Assembly (NCBI GenBank): GCA_902766335.1 | Contig: CACXDI010000148.1 | Span: 1 to 41,092, forward strand | Origin: an uncultured Ruminococcus sp. | GTDB taxonomy: Bacteria > Bacillota > Clostridia > Oscillospirales > Ruminococcaceae | Direction: 5' to 3' | DNA length: 41,092 bases | In this document: one piece after another, positions 36,892-41,092 of the stretch | Layout: the number at the start of each line of letters is the position of its first letter | How positions within the stretch are numbered: position 1 is the stretch's first letter | Made by a program: the position numbers and the translations under genes | The notes under the pieces: generated by a model | What the model was told of the DNA's origin: nothing | The model's database searches: none | Seen by the model: only the letters and a program-made list of their open reading frames with translations

Positions 36892-37494
36892 ATGCTTTTT
36901 AAAACAGGCAGACCAAGGATAATATTCAACTGGATAATGTCGTTGGTGCTGTTCATGCTCTTGTATGTGCTTATACACGAGACCGGACATCTTATAGTCA
37001 TGCTCGCCGTCGGAGCAGAGATAGATGAATTCAGCATATTAAATGCGCACGTCAGCTCTCACGGCGGGGATTATACCCCCTTCACCAAAATGCTCATGCA
37101 GGCAAACGGAGCGCTCCTCCCTCTGCTGATATCCTATGTTTATATGCTGCTCTACAGGAAGGATTCAAAGAGCTCCTTTTACAGGCTCTTCTCCTTTTAC
37201 GCAGGGCTGATACCCTCAGTGACCATGCTTGCGTGGGTGATGATACCCTTTGCTTTTATGAAGGGCAAAGCGCCGGCGGGCGATGACACCACCGATTTCC
37301 TTTTCACCTTCACCCAGTACGGACATCCGCTTATAGTCAGCGCCGTTGCGGCTATCCTGATGATGACAGGCTTTGTGCTTATCGTCAGAAAGGGGATACC
37401 CAATGACTGGATAGACGAGCTGAAGGCTATGAGGTGTACACCGCCGGCGAAAAATGAGCAAAGTGACAGTGAGCGGGACCATGCTCAGGTGTGA
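36892..37494 (+). CDS. M50-family membrane metallopeptidase
   Basis: HETGH within a TM helix, several TM segments, distal GDD; RBS gaggga. Confidence 0.75.
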   Translation: MLFKTGRPRIIFNWIMSLVLFMLLYVLIHETGHLIVMLAVGAEIDEFSILNAHVSSHGGDYTPFTKMLMQANGALLPLLISYVYMLLYRKDSKSSFYRLFSFYAGLIPSVTMLAWVMIPFAFMKGKAPAGDDTTDFLFTFTQYGHPLIVSAVAAILMMTGFVLIVRKGIPNDWIDELKAMRCTPPAKNEQSDSERDHAQV

Positions 37495-37586
37495 AAATGA
37501 TCCCGGGCAGAGTTCAGACGGGAACACCAACTTCCGGAACAAATTTTTTTCTCCATTCCGGAGAATGACAAACCGAAAAAATGTGT

Positions 37587-37621
37587 TATTGCTCCCCCAA
37601 GGTTTAGTTGGGGGAGCAATA
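37587..37621. terminator. Perfect 14-bp hairpin between convergent genes
   Basis: tattgctcccccaa-ggtttag-ttgggggagcaata. Confidence 0.75.
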
Positions 37622-37640
37622 TAATTGTGCCACTCTGTAA

Positions 37641-37913
37641 TTAGTGTTCAACAAGGAACAATACTGCGCTTCTCATCAGCCTGTGGGCGGCGACATGACT
37701 CTCATCATCATCGCAGCCTGTACTCCCGGCGAGGTCTTGGTCTGCACCCGGGAGTTTATCATCGAACTCGCCCTCGCTGATGATGACCGTCTCGCCCTTT
37801 TTGTGCGAGGAAGTTACCTTCTTCACCTTCAGCTTTGAACGCACCGCGTCATTGACGTGCGACTCTCACATACTGCACATCATGCCGTCTATCTTTACAG
37901 TTGTTTTGTACAT
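37641..37913 (-). pseudogene. Heavy-metal-associated (CopZ-like) domain gene with in-frame TGA in the metal-binding motif
   Basis: MYKTTVKIDGMMCSM*ESHVNDAVRSKLKVKKVTSSHKKGETVIISE; TGA at 37866-37868; RBS aaagga; C-terminus not HMA-like. Confidence 0.75.
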
Positions 37914-37914
37914 A

Positions 37915-40209
37915 TCATTCCATTCCTTTCAGTACGCCTACCATGTCAATGCGCTTGATACGCTTTGAGAACATAAAGCCTACCAGCACCGAAACTATCA
38001 TCACAAACGCCGCCGCCAGCAGATAGGTCAGCGGCTTGACCCGGCAGGGCCAGTCAATGGAGTCGCCGTTTGAGTCCATCATTTCCTGCAAAAGCTTCTG
38101 CCCGAAGGGCAGACCGCAGATGATACCCAGCAGCGACAGCCACAGGTTCTGCACCGATATCAGCCGGCGCACCCTCGGGCTGCCAAAGCCCATGACCTTC
38201 AGCGTGGCGAACTCCTTCTCGCGCTCGTTGAAGCTGAGGTTGCCCGAGTTGTAAAGCACCACGATTATCAGCAGGGAAGCGAAGAACACCATAAAGTAGA
38301 CCAGGAAATCCATGACCTCCATAGTCTTGTCAAAGGAGGCTTTCAGATCGTCCATATCGTGTACCGCCGACACATAGTCCCTGCCGGAAGCGGCGGCGCA
38401 GTCCTTCCCTGAGACTAACATCTGCGGCTTGAACTCAAAGCCCGCCTTTTCGTAGTCATCGCGCAGAATGGTGATGCCCGTTATCGACGGGTGCCGCGAT
38501 ATCAGCCCTATCTCGCTCTCTATCCACTTGTCGCCGTCCGCCGTTTTCCAGTATACCTTGTCGCCCTGTTTCAACCCCAGCTTTGCCGCCTGCTTCATGG
38601 TCAGCGCCACCGTGCCCTTTTTCAGCGGCACTACATTCAGCTCGCTGTCGGAAATGCAGAACAGCCCCTTGCCCTCTGTGACGGTCAGCTTGCAGCTGAT
38701 AATGTCGTCGGAAACAGGGTGATCCTCCGCCGCTATGGAGATGAGCCCCATGCCGATAAGCTCGCCGGAGTATTCGTCCGCGAGGTCTTCGGCGTCGCCG
38801 ATCGTGACGCTGTCGGAAAACAGCACCTGGCTCTGGTAGTTCTGCATATCGTCAAAATACCAGCCCCGAACAAAGCCCAGCGTGTCAAATGCGCCCAGTC
38901 CCAGCACCATGACGATCATGCCCATGCAGGTGCCGAACACGCCCATGAAGGCACGCATTTTCGAGCGCGAGATGTCCCGCAGGCTGTAGCGGGCGGTGAA
39001 TCCCAGTCTGTCCCAGAATGGGAGCTTCTCAAAAATGCAGGGCTTTGCGGTCTTAGCCGCCGCGGGACGCAGCGCCTCCGAGGGGTGTATCCTGAGTATC
39101 TGCTTGCAGGAGAGATATGACGCGCCCACGCAAAACAGCACTATCACCGCCGCGACAACTATGCTCTTGTAGTTGAAGCCGCCGCTCCAGCCGGGGACGC
39201 GGTAGAACTGGGAGAACATATCCACCATTATCCGCCCGAAGGTGTAAATGCCCAGCAGGATACCTGCCGCACAGCCCAGCACCGACAGTATAAAGCTGTA
39301 GCTCAGATAGTGCAGTATGATCTTTCGGTTCTTCATGCCCAGGGCGTTGAGGGTGCCGATCTGCGTCCGCTGCTGCGCTACCATACGCTTCATCGTGGTG
39401 GTGATGACCAGCAGCGCTATCGCCACGAACACGAAGGAGAATATGTAGGAAAATCCGTCGTGCTGGTTCAGCTCGTCCAAGAGACGGTTGCAGCCGTCAA
39501 TGCTCTTGCGGTCAGCTATAAAAGAATATTCGCCCTCAAGCGCCAAGTCTATCCTCTTTTCATAGGACAGCGCCTTGCCCTCGCAGGTAAAGATCATCTC
39601 GTTGTTTATCCGAAGCTCCTCCGGCAGAGTTTTCTGCGAGAGATAGGCAAACCCGATGTTGTGGAAGTCGGTGTCGGTGTCCGTAGAAGCGCAGCAAAAC
39701 ACGTGCTCCGGGGACATTATCAGTCCCTTGATCTCCTTCTCGATGTTCTGCCCCATAACGTGGACGGTGAATTTGTCGCCGATCTTCAGCCCCCAGATAT
39801 CCGCAAAGGCGTCGAACAGCCATATGCCATTTTCGTCGCCGGGGTCATATTCCTCGCCTTTGACGCTGTAGGGCTTTGTGACTATATTATCCTCCTGAAA
39901 ATAGCACCATATCTCGGCGGTGTTGTATTTTTCGTCCGCCTTGCCGAGGACTTCCGTTCTGAGCTGCACGTCCTTTATGCCGTCTATCGCGGCTGCCTTT
40001 TCAGCCTGCTTTTTGTCAAAGCTGCTGCCGTATATCCAACCGTCCGAAAAATTGGACTTGTTGTCAAATGCCGCCATAGCCTTCCGCCCGCCGATAACGT
40101 CAGCCTGAAAGCCGGTAAAGCACCACATCGCCACCGCGGCAAGCAGGAATATGGAGAAAAACTGCGCAAGGTTCGCCCGAATGTCACGGAGCATTTTTCG
40201 CCTTAACAT
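37915..40209 (-). CDS. ABC transporter permease with two FtsX/MacB-like domains
   Basis: QRTQIGTLNALG and EREKEFATLKVMG repeats with large extracytoplasmic loops. Confidence 0.9.
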   Translation of the reverse strand: MLRRKMLRDIRANLAQFFSIFLLAAVAMWCFTGFQADVIGGRKAMAAFDNKSNFSDGWIYGSSFDKKQAEKAAAIDGIKDVQLRTEVLGKADEKYNTAEIWCYFQEDNIVTKPYSVKGEEYDPGDENGIWLFDAFADIWGLKIGDKFTVHVMGQNIEKEIKGLIMSPEHVFCCASTDTDTDFHNIGFAYLSQKTLPEELRINNEMIFTCEGKALSYEKRIDLALEGEYSFIADRKSIDGCNRLLDELNQHDGFSYIFSFVFVAIALLVITTTMKRMVAQQRTQIGTLNALGMKNRKIILHYLSYSFILSVLGCAAGILLGIYTFGRIMVDMFSQFYRVPGWSGGFNYKSIVVAAVIVLFCVGASYLSCKQILRIHPSEALRPAAAKTAKPCIFEKLPFWDRLGFTARYSLRDISRSKMRAFMGVFGTCMGMIVMVLGLGAFDTLGFVRGWYFDDMQNYQSQVLFSDSVTIGDAEDLADEYSGELIGMGLISIAAEDHPVSDDIISCKLTVTEGKGLFCISDSELNVVPLKKGTVALTMKQAAKLGLKQGDKVYWKTADGDKWIESEIGLISRHPSITGITILRDDYEKAGFEFKPQMLVSGKDCAAASGRDYVSAVHDMDDLKASFDKTMEVMDFLVYFMVFFASLLIIVVLYNSGNLSFNEREKEFATLKVMGFGSPRVRRLISVQNLWLSLLGIICGLPFGQKLLQEMMDSNGDSIDWPCRVKPLTYLLAAAFVMIVSVLVGFMFSKRIKRIDMVGVLKGME

Positions 40210-40221
40210 ACCGCCGCCCCC

Positions 40222-40929
40222 TTACCACTCGATCTCGTTTGCGGAAAGAGGCTTTTCGTTCAGCTTTATGGACTTGATCTTTCCGTTTCTCATGTGTATT
40301 ATCTTGTTGGCGCACTTGGCGATATCCGCGTTGTGGGTGACGAGAATGACTGTGTTTCCGCTCTCGGTGGAGAGCTTTTGCAGCATATCTATCACCAGCT
40401 TGCCGGTCTCTGAATCGAGCGCTCCGGTAGGCTCGTCGCCGAGGATTATCTTCGGGGCTTTCGCCAAAGCCCTCGCTATCGACACCCTCTGCTGCTGACC
40501 GCCCGACATCTGGGAAGGGAACTTGTGCTTCTGGTCTGAAAGCCCCACGCGGTCAAGCATCTCATTAGCGTCCAGGGCGTTTTTCTTGATGTCCTTCACC
40601 AGCGCCACATTCTCATAAGCCGTCAGCCCGGGTATCAGATTGTAGAACTGGAAGATGAACCCTATGGTTTCCGCACGGTACTGCGACAGCTTTTTGTCCT
40701 TGAAGGAGGATATCTCCTGCCCGTCTACGATCACCTTGCCCTCGGTGGGGACGTCCATGCCGCCCAGCATATTCAGCACCGTTGACTTGCCCGCGCCCGA
40801 CTGTCCCAGTATCACCACGAACTCGCCCTCGTCTATGGTAAAGCTCACATGGTCTACCGCCGTCTGCATACCGTCGCCCTTGCCGTAGGTCTTGACTACG
40901 TCTTTAAACTCTACCGCTGTATTTGCCAT
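40222..40929 (-). CDS. ABC transporter ATPase (LolD/MacB-like)
   Basis: GQSGAGKS, GFIFQFYNL, MSGGQQQR, DEPTGALD, VTHN; start at 40929 behind gaggag. Confidence 0.93.
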   Translation of the reverse strand: MANTAVEFKDVVKTYGKGDGMQTAVDHVSFTIDEGEFVVILGQSGAGKSTVLNMLGGMDVPTEGKVIVDGQEISSFKDKKLSQYRAETIGFIFQFYNLIPGLTAYENVALVKDIKKNALDANEMLDRVGLSDQKHKFPSQMSGGQQQRVSIARALAKAPKIILGDEPTGALDSETGKLVIDMLQKLSTESGNTVILVTHNADIAKCANKIIHMRNGKIKSIKLNEKPLSANEIEW

Positions 40930-40973
40930 TTTTCTCTCCTCTTTTCCTTGTATCATCATTTTTTGTACGTACA

Positions 40974-41008
40974 GCAAAACGCAGAGCCTGTAAGATCACT
41001 CTGCGTTT
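40974..41008 (-). terminator. Terminator-like hairpin in the leader of the ABC operon
   Basis: aaacgcagag / ctctgcgttt 10-bp stem ending in a T tract on the minus strand. Confidence 0.65.
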
Positions 41009-41092
41009 ATACTAATCCCTAAAAGAACAGCAGACAAATCTCGGCACTGACGGCTCATCACTCGTCGTCAAGCTCCCTTGCAGGGCGACAGC

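Overview
A 41-kb chromosomal window from an anaerobic Firmicute. The sigmaA-type promoters, Firmicute RBSs and gene content suggest an Oscillospiraceae/Ruminococcus-like host (inference). The centre (about 13.6-36.3 kb) is a roughly 23-kb sulfur-acquisition island. It holds metNIQ; a divergent operon with two different glutamate-cysteine-ligase-like genes, an EgtC-like amidohydrolase, sufCBDSU, an Rrf2 (CymR-like) regulator and an acetyl-type metA; and a convergent operon mccB-mccA-nifX-like-nifB-nifH-nifD-like-nifK-like-nifX-like, preceded by a LacI regulator and metY. The nitrogenase-like D/K pair keeps the P-cluster and cofactor ligands but has Trp/Phe at the NifD Gln191/His195 positions, and no nifEN or nifV lies in the window. 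This points to a group IV, methylthio-alkane-reductase-like (C-S cleaving) enzyme rather than N2 fixation. Two operator families can be read directly from the DNA. One is a LacI-type palindrome, GTGATAACGTTATCAC, 9 bp upstream of the -35 box of both the mcc/nif-like and metY promoters. The other is a C[CA]TA-N9-TA[GT]G box at four promoters. The left flank has an XRE/zinc-ribbon regulator, an ABC-DUF1854-ABC module, an S41 peptidase whose C-terminus runs into a MITE-like hairpin repeat, an HD protein, and an AT-richer envelope locus (LtaS/sulfatase-fold protein, YidC-glycerophosphotransferase fusion, small membrane protein). The right flank has a BspA-LRR remnant, an M50 peptidase, an HMA gene with an in-frame TGA in its CxxC motif, and a MacB/FtsX-type ABC system. 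All calls come from motif recognition by eye; no database searches were run.
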